A stretch of 64,000 nucleotides of DNA from Nageia nagi (lineage: Eukaryota; Plantae; Pinophyta): the NCBI GenBank assembly GCA_050084985.1, contig JBITNC010000001.1, positions 158,844,001 to 158,908,000 on the forward strand, in the 5' to 3' direction. Positions 1-13,727 of the stretch are shown one piece after another. The translations under genes were made by a program, and so were the position numbers. Below the pieces are notes generated by a model that did no database searches, had not been told where the DNA came from, and was given only the letters and a program-made list of their open reading frames with translations. The number at the start of each line of letters is the position of its first letter. Position 1 is the stretch's first letter.

Positions 1-32
1 ATGTATGCTTAGTTTAAAGCCTTTGATCTTAC

Positions 33-337
33 GAGATGGCCACGGTAGGCTGCTTGGATTCTGATGGCGGCGCGCTGCTCTAAACACCACACTTCATTTT
101 CATACGAGCGGCGATATGCCATATCCATAGTCAGTTGAGTAAGATTCAGAACCACTGCCGCGGCTTGGACGGCTACAGCTGCTGCCTCCGTTGCTGCGGC
201 TGTTGCATGGGCTATCTCCTTTTGACCATCATTCTTTTCATCCTCTTCGCATATCTGAGGGAATAATATGACCAAGAATGCGAGGATTTCATCATCCTCT
301 TCACATGCTGTTTCAGCCAATTTTCAGTCTTTACCAT
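33..337 (-). pseudogene. IQD: IQD (IQ67-domain) gene copy A, exon 1, frameshifted; exon 2 lies outside the window
   Basis: ATG at 337 gives MVKTENWLKQHVKR. The G-run at 259-261 is 3 nt versus 4 nt in copy D, shifting the frame to an early stop. The downstream frame reads ATAAATEAAAVAVQAAA...AAIRIQAAYRGHL, then a GTAAGA donor at 32. Confidence 0.8.
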
Positions 338-597
338 TCTTTCACAATGCAATTAGCATCTCAGAATATCACAACAAGTTTCTTTGAAATCCAGTCGTTA
401 TCTTTTTGCGTGGAAATAAATCCAAAGACGTGGAGCGTACGGGAAAAGGCTGCGAAAGTGTTGAGCTTTATCTTAGCTTTAGTGACGCACCACAACTGCA
501 CTCTGCAAGTCCAAAGCACAGCAATGTTGTCAGGACAGACCCCAACATGCTGCTTCCACGTCTCCCTCTCCAATTTCTTTAAAAAAGATTTCAATTA

Positions 598-3055
598 TTT
601 AATTTAAGGAGGTTTGGTTTTTATAATAGTAATTAAGGATAACTATTATCTATCTACTTTTTTATTTTCTTCCTCAAAATACCTTGAAACAGGCCCTTAG
701 AAAATATATGGGAAGTTACACAGGCTTGAATGAAATCTATCAGTTCTTCAATAAATAATAAATAAAATAATATCCAAAAATACCCAACCTCTCAATGTGA
801 AGGGAGACTTCAGTAATATGTTACCATGTGGAAGTCAACAACTCAAAAGGAAGCCAAATAGGGTGTTGTAAGTGGTCTAAGCTTCCAATAAAGCTGGTAG
901 GCCCCTTCATGACAGCGCCTTTGTGCATGTTGGAATGAATCCACATGATAAGATCTTCAAAACCCTTACATATAGGTCCCCATGTTGATTTCGTTACACC
1001 ATCTGCACATGGCATCATTGTAGATCATCTCTTCTATGTGTTTCATCCACATCATTGTTCATGGGTATCCTTTGACTCCATGTTTGTTGGTAATTGGTAG
1101 ACCTTTTTATAAATGAGTGCATCCCTCTTAGCTATGTTAATGTGGCTCTTACATTTCTACACAATAGTTGGTAATTCCATCTAATCAATACACCTATCCT
1201 TCTCCTCCTTTAGTCATCCATGTGGATTTTGGGTCTTATTTTGACATTTTGAATTGCAAAATATTTTTTAAAACCTTTTGATTTACATAAAATTAGTAAA
1301 ACTTAAAACCTACATAAAAATCACTTCAAACATTAGATTTTGAAACCATCAAAGTTTCCAAAAATATTGAGGAGAGGTCTTTAATATGAAGATATAAAAT
1401 CAATTTTTGTTAACATTAATTTTTTGAAATAATTCCCATTTTGGATCACTTGTCCATTTGTATATGATTTTGATCCCACAAAAGTCTCAAGATTCAAATG
1501 ATGAGGAAAAATAAATCCCCAAATCAAATCCAAAATTATACCTTTTCTTGAAATCATTCTATCTTTTGCTCATTCTCTTAACTTATGGCTTTTCACATTG
1601 TCATTGAGTATGCCTTTTTATTTTATCTTTGGGTTTTCCTCTGGGTCTTATCTTATCCCACTTGGTATTTTTCCTTTAGAATATTTCTCAATTCTACCTC
1701 TAAATAATTTCATTTTACCACACTCCATGGATGTGATAGTAAAATCTCTAATTCCATATTCTAGTCATAATTTTGAATTCCAATTCCCATTTCTTATTAT
1801 GAAATCAAATGGGCTTTGATATCAATGTGATTCATAAAGCATAGTTTCCTATGGCATTACAAGACTCACCACATATGGATTTTGCATACTTGAACCTATG
1901 GTACTTATGGAATATAAATTTAAAAAATTAAGATAAATTGTAAACATTATCACAAAAATTATAAGATAACATTTTACCTCAGAGAAACCAAATGTGGGAA
2001 AAACTCTAGCCAAAAATCTCTACTATATAATGAAGAGGTGAGTACAATGGTGGCCTTCCTCCAAAATGCAACTAATAGGAACAAACACAAGGCCTCCAAC
2101 AATCCAATAGACTTACTTTTGATGCTCAATACCAAGAAACAAGCTCTCAATATCTCTTACAATAATTCTCATGTCACACTTGCATGGAATCTTATAATTT
2201 CTTATGCTCTCATTAACATAGCAAAATTCTCTATTTTCCTTTAAGAAATAGGCTCTCTCAATTCTCCACCAAGAATTGGCTATCTTTCTCTCAAGAATTC
2301 ATTCTTCTTCTTGGAATGTGTGTGTCTACTTTACAAATTGGTGGATTCTCTCTACACTCAACTCTTTATGGAGATATCAACACACTATGAAATACTACAC
2401 AAAGTACCCACTCACAAATTCTCCTTCATGAAGTCTTACAAATGCAAAGTCCTCGATCTCATAGAGGCTTCTTAAAATGTCTCTCATGCACTATGCCATG
2501 GCTTGTGTGTATGTCATTTTCCCACTCTCCATAAACTCACTTTGATAATTTTCAAGGGGATTAAAATGGAAAAAATGGATACAATAAATATTCCTCTCCT
2601 ATGAATTGTTTATCTTCATCTCCAACTCGAAAATCCAACTTATATCCCTTTTAGCATTTAGTTTGATCAACATTTAATTTGAAAAGGTTTGTTTTGGATA
2701 GTAGTAATTAAATATTACTATTGTCTATCTACTCTTTTATTTTGTTTATCAAAATAACTTAAAATAGTTATCTAGAAAATGTATGGGAAAATACACAACT
2801 TAAATGACATCTACATATTTGAAAATAAATAAAAAATAAAATAATACCCAAAAATACACCCAACTTTTCAATATAAAGGGTGGACCCAATGGTATGCTAC
2901 CATGTGGTAGTTAAAAATGTAAAAAAAGGAAGTCAAACAAGGTGTTGTAAGTGGTATGTGCTTCCAATTGAGTTGTTAGACTCCTTCACGAGATCGCCTT
3001 TGTGTAGGCTATAATGGCACCATGTAAGTAGGGTCTTCAAACTCCTCATGTGCGA

Positions 3056-3126
<71 letters not shown>

Positions 3127-4540
3127 AAAATAAAATATTTTTTAAAACATTTTAATTTAAATAAATCAAATCAAACTTCAAACCTATATAAAAATTACTT
3201 CAAGCATAAAATTTTGAAAATATCAAGGGTTTCAGGAAGTTGGAAGACATAAAATCACATTTTTAGGAATTTTCATTTTTTTATCAACTTCCCATTTTAC
3301 ATGACTAACATGATCTATAAAATCTACTTGCCTATGGCATTGTGAGACTCACCATATATAGATTTATCACACACAAACTTCAAGTACTTACGGAATACAA
3401 ATTCAAAGAGTTAAGATAGATAGTAAATAGCATCATGAAAATTATGAGTCAAAAATTTACAATGGAGAAACCCAATGTGGGAAAAAATTCAAGCCATAAA
3501 TTTTTGTTTTGTGATGAAGAGGTGAGTATAATGGTGTCTTTCCTCTAAAAGGATCTTCAAAATGCTATTGAGAGGAATAAACTTAAGGCCTCCAACACTT
3601 TAATGGAATTTTGATGATGTTCTCAATATTCAAGCAAGAAGCTCACAACATCTCTTACAATAATTCTCATGTCACACCTGCATGGAATTTTATAATTTCT
3701 TTTGCTCTCATTAGCATATCATAATTCTCTACTTCCCTCTAAGAAATAGTCTCTCTCAATTATTTACTAAGAATTAGCTATCTTCCTCTTAGGAATGCAT
3801 TCTTCTTCTTGGAATGTGTGTCTGTGTGTCTTCTCTACAAGTTGGTGTATTCTTTTTATACTCAACTCTTTATGGATATCTCAACATACTATGGATTACT
3901 ATACAAAATACCCACTCACAAATTCTCCTCCATAAAGTCTTTACAAATATGAAGTCCTCCCTCATAGAGCCTTCTCAAAATGTCTCCCATGCACTATGGA
4001 ATGACCTATATGTTTGTCATTTTTCCACTTTCATAAGCTCCCTTATATAATTTTCAAGGGGTTTAAGATGGACAAAATGGTTACAACAAAATATTCCTAT
4101 CTTATGAACTATTTGTCTTCATCTCCAACTACACAATCTGGCTTATCTCCTTTTTAGTATTTAGTTTGATAAACACTTAATTTGAGGAGGTTTATTTTGG
4201 ACAATATTATCTATCTATTCTTTTATTTTCTTTCTCAAAATACCTTATAATATCCCTCTAGAAAATATATGCATAATTACACATTCTTGAATGAAATCTA
4301 TATGTTTTAAAATAAATAAAAAATAAATCAATATCCAACTCCTCAATGTAAAGGGTGGCTCCAATGATATGTTATCATGTGGCAATCAAAAATTCAAAAG
4401 GGAATTCAAACATGGCATCATAAGTATTATGCATATCAAATAGTGTTGGCACACCCTTTCATGATGTCACCTTTATACATTCTCAAATGGCTCCACATAA
4501 GTGAGGTCTTCAAACTCCTTATGCAAGGGTTCCTTGTAAT
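598..4540. repeat. Tandem array of a 1.5-2 kb AT-rich dispersed repeat unit, possibly LTR-derived
   Basis: Anchor TTTAATTT(A/G)A..GGTTT..TTT recurs at ~598, ~2673 and ~4177. The module CCTATGGCATT..AGACTCACC...GAGAAACC.AATGTGGGAAAAA recurs at ~1848, ~3331, ~40583, ~44541, ~45553/53090, ~54667, ~59972 and ~61462. Confidence 0.7.
3056..3123. repeat. (TA)n microsatellite
   Basis: Pure TA dinucleotide run; the paralogous interrupted run is at ~61183-61234. Confidence 0.95.
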
Positions 4541-6187
4541 TTCTCCAATCATAATTTTATTAAGTTTAGCAAAATAAATTCATATTTTATAATCCATAAT
4601 CAGATCTATAATTTCTACTTAGAAATCAAACACCAAAACCCTAAAAAGAGCATGAGCTCATCACATGATGCTCATTAAATAATTCTAAAAGTGGCAAAGG
4701 AAAGATCAACATTCATACAAATCAAATCAACCATCCCATGTACAAATAAATATACTCAAAGTTGGATATCCCCTCTTGGAGGGAAAATTATTAGTTGAAA
4801 TATATATATATATATATGCAAAAATGATCTTCAACCATGCGAATATTACCAACAAAATATTATAAAAGAGACAATGGACTCTAGGATATCCAAGATGCTC
4901 AAAAATCAATTAAAATGCATTAAACTAGGTATCCAAGGTTCAACATCTTCCCTAAAGGAGGGTTTCTTGAAAAAATTGAAGAATTCCATAACCAAGATCA
5001 TTTATATCAACTCCAACAAATTAATGCTTAAATTACTCTCAAAAATAACAATCTCTCAAAAGACACAACAATAAGCAATCTCACAAAGTGATACAAAGAA
5101 GTATAATGGTTCCTCTCTAAGAGAGTATCTCCACTTGAATCTAAATCTATTACTTCCCAAGATAAAATATCTCTTACAAACTTGCCATCACCTTGATCCC
5201 TAAACTAGTAGCATATCAATGCTTCTACAAGTGTATATTTTACAACAAGCCTAACCTTCCTTTTATAGGCTCAAATCCTACTTTGGTACACCCTTTTACA
5301 CAAGAGGAATACCAAGATCCATAGGATATCCACATCCTCATATTAGGTGATAATGGTAGGTGGAAGGCTTTTTTCCCATACTATTACATATGCCCATACT
5401 TCTATTTTAAGCATGTGGGACTACATGCATATGTGGATATGCCCCTAATATTAAATAGATGGGGGCTCCACATTTGCATACATGATAATCCAGATAATGA
5501 ATGGATTATTTCATATTGAAAAATATTTTCCTTCTAACTTAAGTATTGTATATGTTCCTTTCATTTTTATTTAATTAGGAACAATACACCTAAGTTATTT
5601 ACACAATAATGCATTATAAGTTCTAATAATTTTCAAGCCAAAAAATGTGAAATAGAGGTTCCCAAAGATGGGCAATTTTCTCTACAAACTATTGTAATAT
5701 ACAATGGCTCCAAATAGGGTTCTAAACCCTCCAATGATATCTAAAATGTTGATAGTGGGAATTCTCCAAGAAGATCCAATTCAACTCCTAAGGCTTCAGG
5801 CACATCCCTAGACCTTAGAAGGGTGAGAAGGGCACAAACCTCACTCAAAAGATCATAAGATAAAATTCTCCAAACATGTCCTTAAGTGGTGTGCTCTTCT
5901 TGCTTTATAGGTGAACTTGAAATTACAAACATCATCATGAACATGGACAACACATCTTTGCCAAGATATTACAAAATATGACTCTACATGGAGTGTCCCA
6001 CATTAGGATCATAAATTACACATCTTTCCATCAAAAGGCATGTGGTAATGTTAAAAATATTAAAATGGATCCTAAATACTCCTACGTGCTAGAAAATCAT
6101 AATGAAGAGGAACATCCCACTCCAATTGGTCAAAGAAAATCATCATAATGCAAAAATGAATGAGATGCTAAAAATGGGGACATTACA

Positions 6188-9100
6188 AGTCTTTCCCTAT
6201 TAAAGAGCTTATCCCCAAGCAATTCAAGTTTGGATGTGCAAGTATCTCTTATATTTCCTAGGTAGCATCCTCAATAGTCAAGCTCTTCCATTTCACCAAG
6301 TATTTCTTGATGACCTTATTTCTCAGTTTCTTTTCTCTAGTCTCCAAGATGGTTTTAGGTTCCCAAATAAGCTTCCCTTCATCATCAAGTGGAGGGAACA
6401 ATGTACTACCCAAGAGCCTTTTTCAAGCATGAAACATGGAAAACATTATGAATTTTATTATTTTTTAGCAACTCCAAATCATATGCAACCTCTCCAATCT
6501 TGCATATAACCTTGTAAGGGCCATAAAATCATGGTTTTAACTTTCTAGTTCCACTTTTCTTCAAGTTGAACTGTTTATAGAGTTGTAACCTCAAGTAGAA
6601 TAGGTATCCAATCTCAAAATTGTGGTAAACCATTTGTTGGTATGCATATTTATTTTGTTTTTCCTATGCAAGTTGAATGTTATTCTTCAATACCTTCATG
6701 ATTTTCTAATTCTCTTGCACATAATCTTTTTCTTTTGGAACCCTACTATCATCAATCAATAAATAAACAAGATTAGGATCATCATATCCATACAAGCCCA
6801 TGAAAGGAGACATTTTTATGGAAAAATAATATAAATAATTGTAAAAAGACTCTCCTAAGTGTATCCACTTAATCCATGCATTTTGCTTCACTAAAACATA
6901 ATTTCTCAACTACCCTTCCACCCATTGTTTACAATATCAGTTTCACCATTGGTTTATATGGATGGTAGCTTGTACTTGGAGTAAAAAATATACCACATAA
7001 TTTGAATAACTCTTTCTATAAAATGTTCATAAACTTGTCTTCCCGATCACTCACAATATTCTTTGGCATACCATGGAGTCTAAACACCTCTCTAAAGAAA
7101 AAATAAGCCACTTGTATTATTGTGTATGTAACTAAAATGGCATTAAAGTGTTCAAACTTTTTCAATCTATCCACCTCAACATAAATTCAATCCTTACCTT
7201 GCACTTTGGGAAAACTAGTGATGAAATACATTGATACACTTTTCCAATTTTAATTTGGTATGGGCAAAGTCCATATCAAACCAGCCAATAATGTATTTCC
7301 TACCTTATACTCTTGGAAAATGGCATACTCCCTACATGCCTAAGAACATCATGTTGTAGCCCCTTCTTATGAACCTCTTATGCTTATATATGTCTTAAGA
7401 AACCTCAAATAATCAACCATGGGTTTGTCATGCATTGCTACAATCAATTTATCCTTTAAATTTGAATCTGGTATAATAAAAAATTTATTTTTGTAAAAAA
7501 TAAATCCCTCTTTTACGTTGTACTTGTCATCCTTCAAGTGACCATCTAGAATGATAGATGCAAAATTGCTCTTCATATATTTTAGCCATGATTGCAGCCT
7601 TCTAATTAGTAGTAACAATGGAAATAAAGTGGAAAAAAAGGTGTCCTATATAGTACATCAACATCTACATTCTTTTTTCCCTTCACAAACTTAATATCAA
7701 AATTATAGGCTTGTAGTTTACTTAACCATTTTTATTGTCTATCATTCAAATCATTTTATTCCAATAAATATTTCAGGCTATTATGATCATTCCTTACCAC
7801 AAATAAGATATTGATTGAACTTGGCCAAAGCATTCATAATGGAAAGCATCTCCTTGCCTTCTATATTGAAAGTTATCTCATTGGGATTGATTTTTTTGCT
7901 CTCAAAAGAAATTGGTTGTCATTTTTGCATGAGAATAGCTCCTACTCCAATGCTTGATGCATTACAATCAATAGTAAAAGGAAAAAGGAAAGAGGTCACC
8001 ACTTCCTTTAATTTCTCAAATACCTTTTGTGCTTCACCACTCCATGTAATTGGTCCTTAATTATCAATTTCTTCAAAGGTATTGTAAAAGATAAAAACCC
8101 TATAATAAATCTCCTATTGTAGCTGCAAAATCCTAAAAATCCTCTCAGTTGAGTCAAGTTAGTGGGTGTAGGCCAATCTTGTATTATTGAAATCTTTTGT
8201 TGGTCCACATGGACACTCTTATTGTTGATTATATGTCACAAACACAAATTGTTTATCAATACAAACTCACATTTAGATTTTTTTTCATAAATCTCTTATT
8301 GTTCTAAAATACTCAAAATAGAATCTAAGTGCATCAAATGATCCTGCAAAGAATTGTTATAAATAAAGATATCTTCAAAGAACACCAACACAAACTTCCT
8401 AAAATGATCCCAAAAAAATTGATTCATTGTTGATTGTAATGTGGCAAAGGCATTAGTCAAACCAAAAGGCATCACCAAGAACTCATAATGGCCAAAATAA
8501 TAGCTAAAGGTTATTTTATGTATATCCTCATCTCTAACTCTGATTTGATAGTAGTTGGGCCTCAAATCAATCCTATAAAAATACATGGCTCCATGCAACT
8601 CATCTGTGAGCTCATCCACTCTAAGGATAAGGTACCTATTTTTTATGGTCTTTTTATTTAGGATGACCCTATAATCTATACACATCCTCAATGTCCCATC
8701 CATCTTTTTCACCAACACAATAGAAGAAGAAAATGGACTAGTACTAGGACAAATATGGCCTATAGCTAAGATTTCTTTTATGGTCTTTTCAATTTCATCC
8801 TTATATATTTTTGGATATCTATAAGGAGTAATGATCATGGGTTTTGTTCCTAGTTCTAAATCAATCACATGTTGAAATCCCTTATTGAGTGGTAAACCCT
8901 TAGGCATATCTCCAAAACCTCCTCTATGCCTATCCAAATAAATATGAATGTTTGAATGAAAAGAAATATGATCACTAGATGAATGAGTATACCTTTTGAC
9001 ATGAATATACTAGCAGCTCAAACTATTTTGTCCTTCTTGAGTATCTTATTAATCCTCTTAATTGATACCTTTTTTATTGTATTATCCTTGATCCCATTCA

Positions 9101-9620
9101 AAACAATCACATGCCCATAAATTCTCAATTTAAATTATAGAATTTGATGAATGCTAGTGTAGACACCCAATAAGTACCACCATTTTACTCCCAACAGCAT
9201 CCGAAGCACTCCTCATAAGGAATCATCCTCAATTGAGTAATTACCAAAATTTACCTTCATTTTGGTTATAACTTTGTTGCAAGGCACAATATTTCTATTT
9301 CCTATAGCCACATTAAAGCTAGAAAATAATAATAATTTTAGCTTCTTATTTATCTAAAAACTGTCATCTACAAAGTTGTGGCTTGCCTCACCATCAATCA
9401 ACACAATCACCTTCTCTCCTAACACCTCTCCTTGTACATTAATGGTAAAAATTCTATTTACACTGCTTAATGTAGCCAATGTATGTAATGTTTGGGATAA
9501 TAAGAGCCTCATTTAATGGTTACTCAAAATCATGCTTCTCATTAGAATCATACTCATTATTTCATGCATCTTTATATGAAATGACCTTAATGTAATGAAT
9601 TTTCCTATTATCAAAACTCT
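6188..9620 (-). mobile_element. Degenerate Ty3/Gypsy chromovirus-type pol (protease-RT-RNaseH-integrase-chromodomain)
   Basis: Protease VIVLIDGEASHNFV (~9370-9410); RT ORF 8296-8937 ([24 protein letters not shown]...YEFLVMPFGLTNA); WPTPTNLTQLRGFLG (8008-8208); integrase remnants 6700-7600; chromodomain KYLVKWKSLTIEDAT*E (~6255-6305). A purine tract precedes TGTAATG, a putative 3' LTR start, at 6187. Many stops and frameshifts. Confidence 0.9.
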
Positions 9621-10389
9621 ATCACTTTATAGAATGACTTATTGCATTATTTTAATGCTTCAATCAAGTTATTTTTATTAGCTGTGAGTTCTTCATATTC
9701 CATTTGAGTCATGTATTTGTCAAAAAATACCTAATTTCAAAGACTAATTAATTTTGTCTTAGCTCATTAAGATTGTAAGTGTCCCCCTACTGATGGGAAA
9801 TAAATTATTAGATTCTCATCTTATGTAGTCCATGACTTCTAAAGGTTGATACCTTCATAGGAAAATGTTTTCAAAATGTAATGGGTCAGTTATTTTTAGA
9901 ACACTAAACCAAAAATAATCTTTAGAAGTAGGCAATTTGAGGTGGTTATGAAGTGACATTGCATTTGTGCATTTAGTGGTGCTTTTTATAAGGCAAATTT
10001 ACACCGTTCCCATAAAATTACTAAGAGGTGGTTTTAAATCACCCTAAAAAAAACACAAAAAATAAATGGAAAGGTGTGGGTGGGAAGAAAAAAGTAGATT
10101 ATGTAAGTAGTTTTTAGGGGGGATGGTTTCAACTCACCCCAAAAAACATAGAGAGGTGGTTTTGAACCACCCCTCCATCTCAACCAATAAAACAAAAATC
10201 ATGTAGGGAAAGGCAAGCACTTCAATTTTTTTAAGGATAGCATGGTGAGGGGGTAGAAAGAGAAAAGGAAAGGAGATACAAGGTATTTCATTTGATATTT
10301 TGAGTGAGAGGGTAGAGAAGAAGAGAGGATAGGGGACGTGAGCAAAGGTATCATTGCAAGCAAGTATTCTTTCATATTTTTCATTACAT

Positions 10390-12193
10390 GTTAGTGCCTT
10401 GTATTCTTCTTCCTTTCACATACATATCTTAGGGTATTTTTTGGAAAATCCATTTTGTGTGTATCCTGAAATAATTATAGACTATGAAATTGTATTTGCT
10501 TCATGCATCTTGTCAAATAATTCTTTGGCCTTATGTATTCTCCCCCTTTTTGCATACAAGCCTTAGGTTCTTTTTCACAAAACCCTTTATGTTTGTATCT
10601 TGCAATCATTCTAGACCATTAAATTATGTTTGCATCATGCATCTTATCAAATAATTCTCAAGCCTTATGTATACTTCCATATTTTACATATATATCTTAG
10701 GGCATTTTTTAGAAAATCTATTTTATGCGTATCTTGCAATCATTGCAAACCATGAAATTGTGGTTTCATCATGCATTTTTTTTAAATAATTCTCAAGGCT
10801 CATGTACTCTTCCACATTTTCCACACATGTGTTTGGGTAAACCCATTTTATCTGTAACTTGCAACCATTGTAGACTAGGAAAATATGTTTGCATCATGCA
10901 TTTTGTGAAATAATTCTTAGGTCTTTTGTATTCTTCCACATTTTGCATACATGTCTTAGGGAATTTTTCAAAAAGCCCATTTTTCAAAAAATCATAAAAT
11001 TAACCTCAAACAAATGCTATCAAATTTTAGAACTAGAGAAACCACACATGCTTCACATAAAATGAGTGTTAAATAATATGTTAAAAACTGCACAAAATTG
11101 TAGTTATGATTAGGGAATTTTACTCAATGAAAGCCACATGATATCCCTAATGGAATCATTTTCATAAATATAGATGGGTGTATATAATAATAAATAATGA
11201 AGTAACTAGTTTTTATAATTGGGAATCAAATCACAATCCAATAAAGGAGGAGTAAGCTCATTAAATCCTAACAAAAAAACCCTCACAAAAATTACTCAAG
11301 TTTAAAGTTCAAGAGGTAATAAAGCCATCTACTCCACCAAGTGAGGACAACAATACCATGCACCATATATGATTTGGAACAAAATGATTTCACTTAGGAA
11401 TCCATAAATGAGTCAACAACAAATACCAATCAATTTGCAGACTTATCAAAAATTTGAAAACATCAAGTTGACCCTTGACTGAGATGGAACTTGTAGGGGT
11501 TCCTTAGAGAGAGGATAGATCACTCCCATAAATCTACCATATAAAGGAAAAGTAATTGCCCATGTTTGCAACCATAATTAAATGCAAATCCTCCATTGAA
11601 GAAATTGTATGACTTCTTCATAACATCGATAGCTTACATGTCCAAGAAGGTCAACAATGAATGTATAATGATTCATCCTAGGAATAATGCAATAAGATCC
11701 ACTCATTTTATTAATATATTTACAGTCCTCATCCACTATGCCTACATGATTACATGAAAGTAGAACACACAAAAAGGTTATGTTGTTAGGGTTGTTTCCT
11801 AAGTTCTTCTTCAGATCAAAGAGTTTAACAGCATCCTTTTTATAGCCACGAATTTCATATCTTTTAATCATTGTAGTCCATAAAACTATATTTGCACCAT
11901 GCATTTTTTCAAACAATTCCTAGGCCTTTTTTATTATTCCACATTTAACATACATTTCTTAGGGTATTTTTAAAAAAACCATTTTATGTGTATCTTACAA
12001 CCATTGTAAACCATAAAACTTTGTTTGCATCATGCATATTACCAAACAACTCCTAGGCCATGTGTATTCTACCACATTTTGCATACATATATTATGGTCT
12101 TTTTTTAGAAAACACATTTTATATGTATCATGTAGCCATTACAAACCATGAAACTATGTTTCCATCATGCATCTTGTCAAATAATTCTCGAAC
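10390..12193 (-). pseudogene. PLS-class pentatricopeptide repeat (PPR) pseudogene fragments
   Basis: ORF 11578-11916 reads ...NIVLWTTMI...PNNITFLCVLLSCNHVGIVDE...IIPRMNHYTFIVDLLG, a typical PLS C-terminal motif set. Flanking ~134-bp repeats encode MYAKCG.I.KA.ELFDKMHDAN.VSW..MIA.Y with stops. Confidence 0.8.
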
Positions 12194-13712
12194 TATAATG
12201 TGCCCATTTTTATGGTGTTTTCCCCATTTCATCTCTAATAAATGGGAACATTAGATTAAGAGTATTTCTATTTAATTTTGGAAATTTAGTGCATTTTTGG
12301 CCCAATTATTGTAAGTTCCACTTGGAGAGTAATTAATTACTCTAATTATGGAATATTGGGTCATATTTTAGTTTCTTAGGTATTCTTTTATTTTTAATAA
12401 TTCCAATAATTATATAACTAAAATACCAAGATAATTAATATTTATAAATGTAATATTAGTCACCTCATTTGGGACATTGCATATTTAGATCCTTGATGAT
12501 TGTAAATTGATATTAATGGGCCTCTATTGTATTTATTTTTCCCCTTTTAAGGTAGAGCATGAACTTAGGCAATTTCACCCATCATGAGGCACAAGCAGAT
12601 ACCTTTTCTTGGACATGGAACACGTAGAGATATATTAGACATTTCAAGGCATCAAAAAGCACCCACACTTGGACATTGGGATTATGGATTAGATCCCATG
12701 TTGATCATTTGGGCAAAATAAGACTCCCACATCTCACCTTGGAGGCTTGCTAGCTTGTAGCATTAACATCTAGGTACATGGAAGTCCCCACTTACCCAAC
12801 ATTGGCATTCTAGGTCCTTGGATGAGCTAACACTCATCTCAAGGCATCTCATCTTAGATGTTGGTTAAGGAGCACACAAATCACCCTTATATAGTGTTGG
12901 ATCAACCCCAACACATGATTAGAATATGATTTATCTCATTTATATAATGAGGACTCCTAGAAGATCAAAGGTATGTTATGATTATTATTTCTTCTTCTTG
13001 GTTGGAGCTTGTATCTTCTAGAATTCCACTTCTTCAAAGTGAGTTACCTATAGTTGGGTGTCGTACAAGACTTAAGTGAGCACACACTTGGGGGGTGGAG
13101 AAACCCAAGTTGTTAGCTATCTTCTGAGAGGTGTTGGCATTACCCTTAAATTAATATAATACTACCAATGGGTCTTTAAGATTCCACCATGGCTACTGGA
13201 GAAGGAAGCCCTAGTGCATGCTTCACCACATTGTAGATACTAATCCATGGCGCATTAATATTCTTAACATCTATATTATAATTAAGATTCATCCCATTAT
13301 ATATTTGAATACAATTATGTTATTATGTTATCTCTTTCCTATCTCTCTCCTTATTCTTTGATGTTGTATAACTAAGTGCATAATTGATTTATCTACATGT
13401 TATTTGGCTTCCATTATTGTTGCATTGGATATTTACATGTCATTGCTTGAGTTCTTATTATTGTTGTTGTATGTGGAGGTCTTTTCATGCTTATTTTTCA
13501 ACTAGGTTTAGATGTTTGGATTATTGAGGTTGTTGCATCATATTTTAGCCATAGAGCTAAACATTGGATTACTTACATTATTTGAGCTTAATTGGTTAGA
13601 TCTAGAGCTTATCATACCAATGTCACTTTCCTAGGGCACATTTGATGGATTTGCTTTTCCAAACTTGAGGATTTGGGATAAATCCAAGTGAGCCCAATTT
13701 AGGCTCATCACA
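12194..13712 (+). mobile_element. LTR (~1.5 kb) of an LTR retrotransposon, probably Gypsy, abutting the PPR remnant; followed by a PBS and non-coding internal sequence to ~16060
   Basis: Starts TATAATGTGCCCATTTT, a variant of the TGTAATGT..CCATTTT family end seen at 6187, 25198 and 36693. Ends ...CATCACA, immediately followed by the PBS. Confidence 0.65.
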
Positions 13713-13713
13713 A

Positions 13714-13727
13714 TGGTATTAGAGCCA
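13714..13727 (+). other. Primer binding site, tRNA-iMet type
   Basis: TGGTATTAGAGCCA versus canonical TGGTATCAGAGCC, one base after the LTR CA end. Confidence 0.8.

Larger units (their letters stand above)
1..10520. repeat. Segmental duplication, copy 1; paralogous to about 58113-64000
   Basis: Co-linear near-identity visible directly: 1-4001 matches 58113-62132, and 8623-~10500 matches 62131-64000. Confidence 0.9.

Noticed and set aside
1598-1819. ORF conserved at 59728-59943
   Set aside because: Conservation reflects the recent segmental duplication of a non-coding repeat; non-ATG start and no domain.
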